This document shows positions 1 through 11,259 of a DNA stretch of 54,170 nt, one piece after another. The stretch is taken from contig JAHBMJ010000161.1 in NCBI GenBank assembly GCA_018398765.1, forward strand, positions 1-54,170, in the 5' to 3' direction. Within the stretch, counting starts at the first letter, position 1. Every line of letters starts with the position of its first letter. The notes below the pieces were generated by a model. That model searched no databases, was not told the DNA's origin, and worked only from the letters and a program-made list of their open reading frames with translations. Position numbers and translations under genes: made by a program. The DNA comes from Chromera velia (Eukaryota).

Positions 1-2736
1 CTGGTCAGACCATTCTACAGCGACAGAGTGGGGGGGGGCACAGTGTGAGGGGCATGCAGGTATGAGGGGGTGGAAAGAGAGAGGGAGGAGGAAGTCGCAA
101 AGATGGATGGAGAAGAAGTCCTCAGAAGAGAAAAGAAAAGAAATCAGAAGGACACCATCCCATCTATCTTGCAATGGCCAACATACAGCTCATCCATGCA
201 ATTGATCGTGTGTGTGCCTGGCTGAGGAAAGGAAAGAAAAGGACAGGACAGCTTTCTTTCTTCTTGGGAGGGAGTTCAGGATCTTGTAGAGGTACACGGA
301 AGCAAGAGCGCTTTCCGGGGTATCGTCCCGAAAGACGAGAGAAGGAAGACCGAGATTGCAACACACTCCAACAGGAAGTGATTCTTTCTCCTGCATGGAT
401 TCTTTCTTTTCTTGTCGTTCTGTACAATTTCCTTTCCTCCCATTCACCTACCGATCTGCTTTCTCTCCTCGAGTGGCCGGGCTCTGGTGGGTGGGGGGGC
501 AATGGAGGAGCCACAAAGGAGGCAGGTCAAATTGCAGACACATCCACTCTGATCCCCCAGACAAACTCTCTCTCTCCTGGCCGAACAGCTGATGAAGGAA
601 GGTTAATTGTATGCAGCCGTGTGTACAGAACGTCGAAGGAATTGGCGGCATGCAAAACCGATTGATAAAGAGGAATGAAGGAAGGAAATAAACACCAACC
701 CTCCTGACAGACAGCAAGCGGCTGACAAAATAGGTACGTACGTTCCTTCAGAGTCCTTTTGAGTCGTGCTGTCCACACAACAGTCGGACGAACATCTCTT
801 TTCAACTTTGTCGTCGAAGGCTTGGGACGGGATTATTAAATGGGGAGGTGGGGGGGGCGGGGAAGGGGGGGTTTGTGGTCGCTTGCCTGTCGGTGGGTGG
901 GTGGGTGGGTGGGGGGATCTTTGATGGAGGACAGACAGACAACCTGCATGCATGTGGGAGGGTAGATGTGGTAATCAACCATGCACGAGGGGGTAGGGTA
1001 AGAGTTTGAGTTTTTTTTCAAGTTGTTTTTCTTTTTCCCGCCTAGTCGGCCCCCCAGTCAGTTGCCGTCCTTCCTTCCTGCCAACAATCGTGATGGCCGA
1101 ATGAAGGCTCTTGTTTGAATGCCTCCCTCCCGCCCTCGATCAGTTTGTTGCGTTTGGAGAGAGAGAGAGAGAGAGAGACGTGAGGGGATGGGAACAGACT
1201 GGGTGCACGTATCTGATCGAGCTTCGGTGCGTATGGCTCGCCCAAAAGGGGCATCCATCGCCCGCATCGATCAGAAGACCTCGCCTGACTGGATGAATGA
1301 ATGATCAGACTCTTGTTTGCCGATGGACTCTTTCAGCTTCGTCCATCTTTTCTCCCATCGTTCATGCATTCATTCCTCCGTCATCCATGTGTGTACATCA
1401 ATGCGCTAATGTACGTTTACGGTTCGGGTACATGGTTACACACTGTGTGTATGGAGTGCCTCCGTGGCTGGCAGGGCAAGTGGATGAGATGAGGAGTGAT
1501 TCAGTGCTCTGCCGTGGGGTGCAATCATCGATTGGCATGCGTGTTTTTTGTTGATCGGTGAAATCAGAAGAGTTTTGCTGCAGGAGTATCTATCTGCATA
1601 GATCCCCGGTTGGAGCAGGATCTGGAGCATGCATATACGGCTGGATGACTCGAGTTGATTGTCAACTATACTCCGTCTCTGAAACATGCGTTCGCTAATG
1701 TAAATCGTTACATCGTAACGTACTTCCTTGCATGAATTAATGTTTAGCCGCTTTAAAAATTGGTGTTCTTCACATGCATATAAGTAAAAAACTATATTAT
1801 TCTTTAATTATATAAAGGGGGCCTTTAAGGCTAGCTTTAAGGGGGCATATAAAAATTTATTTGAGTCTCAGTGGCACGCAAACGTGCTCAGAGGGGGGGG
1901 GGGTCTTTGCGTACCAGCGAAGCAAAAATAACTGTTCTTCTCCACTATCAAAACACATTTTTAAGTCAAAAAAACTGGGTTTTCAATTTTTTTATGGGCC
2001 CTATAATAGGGGGGTTGCTAGGAGATTGCGTGCCGCTGTAGTGGAAGGTAAGGGGGGGGAGGGGATGTTGCATGCCACTGACATTCAAATGAATTTTTAC
2101 ATGCATGCATGGCCCCAAATGAAATTTTTAAATCTTTTTTTTTTTCAGATCACTCATCTAGTCTAGCATCTAGTCTAGTATGGTCCAGACTGTATGGATT
2201 GGAGTCGATCATGATGATGCTCAGTCATCAAATATAACAGTTGCCTTAGAATTCAACTTAAGAATTCACCCGGATGTCCGACTCAATAATCCGAGTCGCA
2301 ATAACTGCTAAAGCAACTGTAAAGTCTATGACCCTAGCTATGACCCATGCTGTTTAAAGTTGAAAAAAACTAGGCGGGCCGGGGCAAGCCCCTGAGACGG
2401 GGCTAAGACGGTGAGACTGGGCCCCGTCTGACTAGACTTCAAGTGGGGGCATAAATAGCTTAGGCCCCCGGGTGCATAGTCCAAAAATGAACCCGGGGTG
2501 GCCCCCGGGTGCCCCCCCTTTCTAAATTTTGCCTAAATATTATCACATATTTGGGGTGCCACACCAACAGATTTTTGCTGCAGGGTGGCGAAATGGAGAG
2601 GGGGGGGGGGAGCGAAAGTGAGACGTAGCGAAACCAAAATTTTAAAGTGACCTCACACAATACGTACTGTCCTGCATTGAATTGAACTCTCTTCAAGACG
2701 AGAAGATATATCGTACGAGATTATGACTGTCAAAAG

Positions 2737-3465
2737 CTAGGCAACGCACAGTGGTAAAAAAAAAAAAATCTGAAAACGTCTATTCTTTTTTTTAATTATT
2801 ATTTAAAATTTTATTGTATATGTAAAAAAAAATAAAGATTAAATGACTAGCTTCACCTAGAGTTTGAATCATATCTAGGATCCCAGTTTCACTTTTAGCT
2901 TGGTAGACGCTTAAAAAGATTGACCAAAACTAGCTTCGAATAGAGTTTCGAAATGTATATTGTCCTAGATATCGTCAAAGAGCCAGTCAAAGAACTTCTC
3001 CTCTGTCTGCTCTTCAGTCTACATCCATGCATCCATCCTTTTTATCACTCTTTGCAAAGGATAAAAGAGAGCCCCCTTTTCCCTTCGCCTGCCTGCTGTA
3101 ATCCCCTTTTGCGATGGTCGCTGCGTGCAGTGCCATACATGCAGACTTCATTCATTTTTCAATTAGCATGAATGGTGAAACGACGGACCGGGTCACTCCC
3201 TCTGTCTTCCTCGTCTTTCACACTCAGTAGGTCCATCACCTAGTCCATCATCCAGCATCCCTCAGAGGAGGGAAGCAAGAAGGACGTCAGATGTGTCTGA
3301 GAGAACCACCACAGACGTATGTGTATGTGTGTGTGTCTTTGTGTCTGTGTCTTCTAAAAGGTGCTCCTCTAGGTGCTCCTAGAGGTGCTCTAGGAAATCC
3401 TTCGTAGAAAAAAAGAAAAAAGGTCTATTTTTTTTTTTAATTTTTTACCACTGTGCGTCGTCTAG
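2737..3465. mobile_element. Non-autonomous TIR element (MITE), copy 1, 729 bp
   Basis: Left end ctaggcaacgcacagtggtaaaaa (from 2737) is an inverted repeat of the right end tttttaccactgtgcgtcgtctag (to 3465). Flanking 8-mers gtcaaaag (2729-2736) and attaaaag (3466-3473) match 6/8, a decayed target-site duplication. No coding capacity. Confidence 0.8.
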
Positions 3466-3828
3466 ATTAAAAGACGTATGCGCCACTTCAATTGTAATGA
3501 CGGAACCATCTTTCTGCTAGTGCAGCTTGCGCTGGCGCCTGCTGCCCGTCTGTTGTCCGAATTTTGACTCCAAAAAGATCACTTCCTCCTATGGCGTCCT
3601 GCCGGTGCAGCTTTTGCTGGGGCCTGCTGCCTGCCTGGAAACTTGATGATGATGTTGAAAGAAAAGAAAAGAAGGTAGTAGGATGGTACTATTATGGTAG
3701 TGGGAAGAAAAGAGAAGAAAGCAGAAGAAGAGACAAAAAGAAACGAGATGAGACTGTTTGAAGCAAGACAAATTTTTGAATGAGAGTCATCGAATAGAAA
3801 AAACTTAGAACAAAAAGAAGTTAAGGAT

Positions 3829-4077
3829 CTAGGCCCCGCACTACATAAAAAAAAATAAAAGATCGGAAAAACTTTTTTTTTAATAGATTTTTTTTTATTT
3901 ATCATGGCAGTCAACAGGCAAACAACTGTTGTTCAAGTGTTGCAGGAGTGTTGCACACTAGCTTGCATGGAATGTTGCATGAAAACTATAGATTGTTTGA
4001 GTGATCAATAAAAAAAGAAAAAAAAGATCGGAAACTTTCTTTTTTTTTTTTCTTTTTTTATTTATGGAGTGTGGGGG
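3829..4077. mobile_element. Possible third, more diverged MITE-like unit
   Basis: Starts ctaggccccgcac plus an A-run, resembling the ctaggcgacgcac terminus. ccccgcactacataaa is inverted against tttatggagtgtgggg (about 4061-4076). Internal direct repeat A-run-gatcggaaa-T-run at about 3847-3880 and 4010-4050. No clear TSD. Confidence 0.4.
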
Positions 4078-4687
4078 AAGGTGGAGTCTGCAACATGCCC
4101 TTAACTGCCCAGTCGGGGGACTGCCGACGCTGCGACATGACGAAGTTAACCGTACGTGGGCGAGTCTAGCAGTGGAAGCATACCTCACGGGAGCAGTCCA
4201 CGCAAAGGAGCCGATCATTAGGGAGGAAGGGGAGGTGCAGGGATGTCCGGCGCTAAGGGGGGACTTCCAAGTCCGGGGGGCCTATGTTCTACAAAGGCTG
4301 GCAATTTTCGACACCAGGGTGATAAACCCACACGCCGCCTTGAGGGAGAAGGTGACCTGGACTCAAGCCCTCAAAGCAACAGCAGAAGAAAAGAAGAGGA
4401 AACATGGGCAAACAAGCGCGGACAGAGGGTGCGACTTCACTCCACTCGTGAGTGCGGTCGACGGGACGATGGAGGGGGAGGCAAAGATGTTCTTGAAGAG
4501 GGTAGCAGAGCGATTGAGTGAGAAATGGGGGCAACATGTGAGCAAGACATGCGGCCAGATCCGAGCCCGACTGCAGATTGCCCACCTGAAAGCGGCAAGC
4601 GCGTGCATTCGGGGGACCAGAGGAGTGCAGGGGGAGGGCTGGGAGGAAGGAGGAGTAGACAGTGCACTGGTCATGACTGAGAGGTAG
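4067..4687 (+). mobile_element. 3' fragment of a non-LTR retrotransposon with restriction-like endonuclease (CRE/R2-type RLE)
   Basis: Translation has a truncated CCHC knuckle ([13 protein letters not shown]), [39 protein letters not shown] and [20 protein letters not shown], the motif order of RLE-clade C-termini. No RT domain is present. Confidence 0.8.
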
Positions 4688-4914
4688 GAAGTACTTAGCA
4701 AATGCCGAAGAAGGCATTCAAATGGAGGAGCGTCAAGTATAAGGTCGCATGAGAGAGAGACCTAGTAGCGAGAGCAGTAACCAGGACAGAAGGAAGAGAT
4801 GAAAGACGTATAGGCCAGATGCTAGGAACAAACTTTAAGTCAATGCCCCCCCAATTTATGGAGTGCAGAGCCTAGTCAAGGATGCAAAACTCCTTCAAAA
4901 TAAATTTGGAAATC

Positions 4915-5107
4915 TAAATTCACAGCTAGATTCACAGTGAATTGAGCCTCAAAATGGTTGAAAATGCACTTGTAAATTCAGTTAAATTCACCGAAATTCA
5001 TCTAAATTCACTGCTTAAATTCACGTAAATTTATCTAAATTCACTTAAATTCATTTATAAATTCACTCATTTTTGCAGGGTTCCTCAATTATTTTTGCAG
5101 GGTTCCT
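4915..5107. repeat. Degenerate tandem array of (T)AAATTCA units followed by a duplicated atttttgcagggttcct
   Basis: About ten aaattca/aaattta cores at roughly 9-14 bp spacing, densest at 4973-5066, then two copies of atttttgcagggttcct. Confidence 0.75.
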
Positions 5108-5364
5108 TTATCACTATTTTCAATTAATGAATACCAGACTTAGTGGTTACTGTACATAGGTTTCTCATTCTTCTTTCTAAAACCGTATCGATCCAATAAA
5201 GAGTAAGATGTTTATGGCAACCTAGGTGGCAACTTTTGTGCTGTACTGCAAAAACCAGGGATTTTATTGTAATTTGAACAGGAATTTAAAAAAATTGCAT
5301 ATGCTAAATTATGGAAAAAGCCCCAACCTATAGAAAAAAACTAAATTACAGCGTTTCAACCAGC

Positions 5365-5411
5365 TTAGGCGACGCATAGTAGTAAAAAAAAAAAAAGAAT
5401 AGACATGTTGA

Positions 5412-5442
<31 letters not shown>

Positions 5443-5607
5443 CTGGTGGTCAAAGGTCCAAGCAAACTTAGCAAAGGTAGGTTTTATAGTTAGATGTGTT
5501 TTTGTTATATGTTTGGCACTTCCAATAAAATAATAGAAAAAAAAAGAAAAAGATTAGGCTTCTCCAGATTTTTTTTTTATTTTTTTTTATCACTGTGCGT
5601 CGCTTAG
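5365..5607. mobile_element. MITE copy 2 (243 bp), same TIR family as 2737-3465
   Basis: Ends ttaggcgacgcatagtagtaaaa and ttttatcactgtgcgtcgcttag are inverted repeats. Perfect 8-bp TSD caaccagc at 5357-5364 and 5608-5615. Confidence 0.88.
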
Positions 5608-5713
5608 CAACCAGCCTGAGTATCGGAAACAGATTTCACCTCTCTTTATTTGAGAAAACATCAGAAGATAGACCAAGAAAAGAAATAAGAATAGAGAAAA
5701 AAAGCTGAGAAGG

Positions 5714-6626
5714 GTGCCATTTTGTTATGGAAGAATAACGACAAGAGCAGAGCATAAGAGAAGAACGGCTTGCAGAGTGGGAGACAGAACGCTGGCAGCA
5801 ACAAGGGAGAAGGTGCCACAGAGAGGAGAACAGAGCGTGCCATTAGAGAAGAGACTGTGCCCGTTCTGTAAAGGATGGATGGATATAGAAGTGCTAGAGG
5901 ATGAGATCCATATGTTGACAGAATGCCTAGTGTATGACCAAGAGAGAACAAGAATGTATGAAGCATTGCAATTTACTTGCAAAGAGACTGGAACGAGAAG
6001 AGAGAAAAGAGAGCCAGAGAAATCTGTAGAGAGAAAGGGGGGAAGGAGAGGAGAGCCCCCTAAACGGACCATGACGGACGCTCTGTTTGCTTTTCTAATG
6101 AATGAAGGGCATCTCACGATAAATAAGTTTCTCGGGAAGGTAGTATTCCACAGAAGAGTCTTTAAGGAGAGCTCAGGAAGGTACGCACCGGGGAGCTCAC
6201 TAGATGAGACTGTTCTAGCACAAAGGCATGGAGTAATCATAAAGAGAAGGGGGGGAGACAAAAGAAGAAAAGAAGAATACAAGAGGATTCTTGAAGTAAT
6301 GGAAAAGGGAAGGGAAATAAGAGTGGGAGGAGAGAGCAAAGCAGAGAGACGGATGCAGGAAGTGTACATACAAAGCCAAAATACCTTATCGTCTGGAGTT
6401 ATTAGTATTATCTTTAGAACGGTTCCCTCTCAGTCAACGGCCCAAAATATGCAAGGTTCAGAACAATTGTTAGTTGATCGCGGCCTGGGAAACCAGGCGG
6501 GCCACGGGGTGTGGTCTGAGCCTCAGGAGTGAGGCACACCCCCCTGCCGTTTGCGGGGGCGACCTCTACAAGACAAAACGGCGACAGTGCTCTATAGGGC
6601 ACCAGTAAATCACTTATCACTTATCT
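5714..6626 (+). mobile_element. 3' end of a LINE-type retrotransposon (C-terminal CCHC zinc finger, 3' UTR, short tandem tail)
   Basis: RLCPFC..EVLEDEIHMLTECLVYDQER is the typical C-terminal CxxC..ExxxH...C motif of LINE ORF2 proteins. It is followed by a GC-rich hairpin cluster and a (tcactta)2 tail at about 6610-6624. Confidence 0.7.
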
Positions 6627-8606
6627 ATAGATTCTAACACGATTAGAAAAAAAACTGTTCGTACAATATCGTTGTACATAGGCTATACATATAGGCTGGT
6701 TACTAGGCTGGTTTAATATTAGGCCCATTAGGCTAGCCATTAGGGTATATATCAATATAGGGGAAAGACTCGCGGACTAGCTCCCGGAGAGTCTCTAAGA
6801 GAGTCTTAGAGAGTCTCAGGGAGGGAGGGAGGGAGGGAGGGAGGGGCAGCTCAGAGGCTCACTGGCTTCCACTGGCTCAGAGGAGGGGAGGAAGACAGCA
6901 CTAGAGATAGAAAGACAGAGTCTCAGAAACAGCGGGGGGGGGGTCAGTCTGGTCAGAGGGGGGACAGGGAGAGTGCCTGGAAGAGAGAAAGTTTGCCCGA
7001 GAGGGAGAGGCAGAACTGGCCCGGAGATCTGCTTGGTGAAAAAAACGGGAAAAGAAGGGGGAAGAGAGACAGAAAACAGACCTGCTAGCAGACTAGCTAG
7101 CAGACCTGATGTCACTCGCTGCTGAAATGGACCAGGGTCAGACTGAAACTCCTCCACTGGCCAACCTAGTGCAGAACTTTCATGAAGACGGTATTTCAGA
7201 GACATCCCATGTTTATTTTGTGCACGTGAATGCATGACAGACAAAAGTTCCTCCTTCCAAGTCAACGGTTCCATCGATTCCAATCGAGACAGCATCACTG
7301 TCAGCGATCGACATTAAATCACATGGGGATGCGTGCATGCATGCATGCAGCGTGTAAGCGTGTATGGTAACTTGTGTATGCATGGAATCAAGGCGACATC
7401 CCCCCCACCCCCCCCTTGGTTCTTACCACCCCTTCCCCCCACAGCAGAACTTGAGGAGACCCTCACCCTCCCACCGTATTGTTGGTCTTTCATTAACTCA
7501 TCCGGCCAGCCACCCAACGTGCACATGCGCAGCGGTTTGTGCAGCAGACGCACTCCCTTCAACAAAGACCAGACAGACGTTGGCAGTCAGTAGCAGCCAC
7601 CCCTTGCATGCATGCATGTGTGCGTGTACATGCTCTCACCCGGTCGGTTGTCCTTCACTGACTGCAAGCTATGCAAGGAAGAAAGTCAGAGGCCATGCAG
7701 CAAAAGGATTCGAGTCTGCAGAATGAATGAATAAATGAAGAAGGAAGAGAGAGGCAGAAGAGGACCGATCCATCCATCGGCACATTTCATGTCTGGCCGA
7801 AAGATTTGGGGGGGCTGGTGAGGGCTCAAATGGGAGCAAGGGCCAAGAGGAGCAGCAGACAGAGAACCTGCCTTTCTTTTCCTGCCCGTTTGGCGTTGAA
7901 TTCTCCGCAGCGTTTCGGCTTTTTTCTTTTTTTGCTTCTGTCGTTTCTTCTCTAATCTCTCCGGATCAAAACCTCCTCTTTCTTTCCTTCGCTCCTCTCT
8001 TCAACGAAGCACCCCCCAACTCCCTGCCTCTACTCTCCCCTGCCTCCGCTGCTCTGCCTCGCCCTGCACTGCCTGCATCCAAGTTCCAATGCAGACAGAA
8101 GAGCAAGGCAGCAGGAGGAGCGCTGCTTTCTTCCAAGCAAAACAAAGAAACGTCCGTCCAACTTCCCTCCCTGTTCTGCCCCTCATCCCCAATTTCTCCG
8201 AGCAAGCTGCCACTCCCCGAACGAAAGGAAAGGGAAAGTCGCCTCCCCGCCTTCCTCCCCACAGGATGGCGTTGGAGTCCCGGCCATTCTGCCTTACCCC
8301 CCTCCCTCCCGTCCCGCCTCCCCCCCCCGCCGCCCTACCTTCTCATGCACACTTCTGACTTCTTCTTCTTCTTCACAACAAACTGAGAGCCTGGCCCGTT
8401 CTCTCCCTCTTGAATAATCCATCCATCCATCCCCCCAGCATCTCATCTGACGGCCTTCGTCAGAAAAGAAAAAACCTCATCCATCAATCGTCCACTGATT
8501 GCCCCCCTCTCTCCCTCTTCAATCCATCTCTGTGCCCAGTGTATATCCATCCACTGCTCCTCTCCTTCTCCCTTCCCCCCCTCCTTCCCCTAGCTTCTCC
8601 CTCCCT

Positions 8607-9571
8607 CTAATTCGCTTTCGAGACATCCTCGAAGTTGGTGTTGACCAGATCAGGGACGTCATCGTCGTCATCGTCCTCCTCCTTACCCTCTCCCCCTGCT
8701 GCACCTCCCTCTTGCAACTTTCGGAGCATGGGGATAGCGTCAGGTCCAAGCATAGGGAACTCGGAGGGAGGCATGTCAGTCATCTCTGCAGACAGACAGA
8801 AAGAAAGACATCCATCAGACACATATGACGCCGCGGCTATAGCCTCGAAACCACAGGAGGGTTTCAAGCACAGAAGAGAAGCCACTCTCCGACTGCTTCT
8901 GCTAACGGGATCCCATTGGAGGCAGCTAGAAGAAACAAGGGAGGAAGAGAGGCACACGAATATGAACCCGTCTCCAAAAAGTCGTCGAATGTTTGAAGCT
9001 GAAAGAAAGGAGGTCATGCAGCCTTGCTTTCAGGAGTCGACACCTGAATGACTCGCGAGCTTCCATACACGTAATAATGATGGACGGGACGCGGCAACCG
9101 ACACTGAGGCATACACTGGGCATTACCACCACATGCCCCATTCAAAACAGACAAAAAAGAAGGTCATCGTCCAGCACACCTGGAAACTGAGCACAAAACC
9201 TACAGGAATGCCAACAAGCAGCCGGTACTACTTAACAATAGCACATCACACGCGTCTGACTCACTCTTGGTCTCAGCAGGGCCGGTGATCACGTAGGTGT
9301 TGGCGTTGATGCACGCCTGCACCTTGGGAGTGGCAAATGACAAGTAAGTCCCGTTATCCCGAATCATGTTGACCTCTTCGCAGTTGGGGATTGTGTTCAA
9401 TCCCAGCCTCTTGAGGGTCCCCTGGAGCTTCTTGTCGTCATTTCCCTGGGACTTGTGGACGACCCTCTTCTTCCGTCTGGCGGTTCCCTTTCCACCAGTT
9501 CTGGAAGCGTCCCCTGCCCGCTGCAGGAGCTTCTTGCGGGCCTCGAGCATGGCCGGGTCAACAGAGTCCAT
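8607..9571 (-). CDS. BTF3: Nascent polypeptide-associated complex beta subunit (BTF3/EGD1), 2 exons: 9571-9265 and 8785-8607
   Basis: [61 protein letters not shown] and the C-terminal [14 protein letters not shown] phase-1 GTGAGT..TGCAG intron (9264-8786) joins to give AETKKMTDM..LGP. ATG in aaaATG context at 9571; an upstream in-frame ATG at 9601 is an alternative. Confidence 0.96.
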
Positions 9572-10128
9572 TTTGCTTGCGTTAGATGAAACGATGGTCA
9601 TAGAAGGTGGAGCGCCCTACAAACACATGGAGCCTCCGTCAACAAAGGGTGTGCTGGCAGGAAATCTTTTCTTTGCTGCAGGAAGGTGAGAAGTTCCACC
9701 AATTTGTGTGAACTTCGATCTGCAGGCTGAAATGTGGCGGGGTGCATTGCCGAAACGGTTTTGGCGGCGCGCGTGCGGCGCGTGCGAGACCCATATGGTC
9801 GATCGATACCCACATGCGTGGACGCGCCGCCACTCGAATTGGCACACTGCCCTGAGATGCCCTGAGAAGCTCTCTGAGAATGATTTCTGCAGATTCGAGA
9901 AGCCTCACTTCAATGTCACTTAATTATTCATCTGCGACAATTAACACAACACGACTGAAGCTCGTGTACGAATCGCGTAGTGATCAGGTCGTATGCTTTT
10001 TGTTGCGGAAGTTATTCTCCTGAAGGACAGAGAAAATTTTGAGACACTCAGTCTGCTCCGTGAGTGATTAAGGGGGATTGACTGTTTTGATCTGTGAAAG
10101 GTTGGTGAAGAAGGCATCAGCCGGCATC

Positions 10129-11259
10129 ATGATCGCGCCTATACAGCGCTTTAGCCTTCCTTTTACCGTTTCAGTGTTGCTCTGCTCGGTATGTTCGGCT
10201 TTCCTCTTTCGGATTGATCGAACTAACTTACCCGTCTCCTCTGCGCGACCCCGGAGGCTGATTGACTATGTCGGAATAAAAAGGGGAAGCGTGCTTGCCG
10301 CGGAGGAGGGGGATGGCGACGTTGAACCAAACATGCCGCCCCCGAGTGTGAGCAACTTCGCACAGGCGGGGGCGGCTTCCGGTGATGACGAGGAAGAAGA
10401 GACGGGACCTTTCACCGATCCATGGGCTGAGGAAGCAAAGAAGGAAGTGGCTAAAAGAAAAGCTGATGTTCTCTCAGCTATCCAGAGTATCGGGGGAACG
10501 TTCGGCATCAATGTGAATGCGGATTCGAAAAGCAAAGTCGAAAGTGCAGTCGCAGGGCTTGAAGACACGGCAAAGAAAGCTCAGATGATCCCGAGGTTTC
10601 CAAAAGCCCTGTCTGACCAAGAGGGCACATGGAGGCTTCTGTATTCTTCAGCATTGTCGACAGGGTCTCTCGGGGGGTTCAGACCTGGACCCCCAACATT
10701 GGTCGTTTTGGAGTTTGCAAGTGTGTACCAATCAATTGGGCCACAGTCCATGCGAGTGTCGAATGTGGTTGAATTGAAATGGTCCGATTTTCTTCTCTCC
10801 TTGCCTATCCCCCCTCTTCTTCCTGCGCCCACTTTGGTGCTAGGACACTCCTCAAAGGAAATCAGTGGGTTCCCCGCGCGTCTAAGGATTTTCAATGATG
10901 AAGTCCAACTTCTGCCAGGTCCGTTTTTGGAACGAGACCGAAAAGGAGCGGAGATGGTGACAGAAAAAGTGAGGGCAAGAAGTGCAGAGCAGCAAGGGGG
11001 GGCAACGGAAGGGAATCCGTTGGCAGAAGCTTTACAGAAAGTTCAGAGCTTCGGTGATCTGTCTGAAGTCGAACAATTCTTTCAAAGTGTACTTCCTCCC
11101 ATTGTTTTTCCTGTAGGAACATCTAGTCTCCCATTGGGCAGTGAGGAGATGAGAGGGGGAACTTTTGACGTTTCTTTTCTGGATGACTCGCTGCGTGTGA
11201 TTCGGGGGGACCGAGATGAGGTGCGCGTGTTTGTGAGGGCGGAGACGGGGGCTGTGTAA
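10129..11259 (+). CDS. Plastid lipid-associated protein (PAP/fibrillin) with bipartite plastid-targeting presequence; intronless
   Basis: K..L+..I....G, VESAVAGLE, EGTWRLLYSS, VYQSI...VSNVV and the terminal GTFDVSFLDDSLRVIRGDRDEVRVFVR are fibrillin hallmarks. The N-terminal hydrophobic signal ends VCSA-F and is followed by an Arg/Ser-rich transit-like stretch. First true ATG is 10129. Confidence 0.9.
   Translation: MIAPIQRFSLPFTVSVLLCSVCSAFLFRIDRTNLPVSSARPRRLIDYVGIKRGSVLAAEEGDGDVEPNMPPPSVSNFAQAGAASGDDEEEETGPFTDPWAEEAKKEVAKRKADVLSAIQSIGGTFGINVNADSKSKVESAVAGLEDTAKKAQMIPRFPKALSDQEGTWRLLYSSALSTGSLGGFRPGPPTLVVLEFASVYQSIGPQSMRVSNVVELKWSDFLLSLPIPPLLPAPTLVLGHSSKEISGFPARLRIFNDEVQLLPGPFLERDRKGAEMVTEKVRARSAEQQGGATEGNPLAEALQKVQSFGDLSEVEQFFQSVLPPIVFPVGTSSLPLGSEEMRGGTFDVSFLDDSLRVIRGDRDEVRVFVRAETGAV

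Noticed and set aside
1..1690. Possible multi-exon gene fragment at the window start
   Set aside because: Composition is gene-like and some splice-like sites exist, but I found no recognisable domain or consistent exon chain.
1810..2650. G-run and cccggg palindrome-rich segment as a defined element or G-quadruplex regulator
   Set aside because: It is probably decayed TE sequence, but I could not define termini, a TSD or coding remnants.
2747..2760. CACAGTG (RSS/Transib-like heptamer) followed by an A-run inside the MITE TIRs
   Set aside because: The inverted repeat extends 10 bp outside the heptamer and the TSD is 8 bp. Transib/RAG elements start at CAC and make 5-bp TSDs, and no proper nonamer is present.
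4915..5066. CRISPR-like array
   Set aside because: Repeats are only about 8 bp with 1-6 bp spacers, the context is eukaryotic, and there are no cas genes.
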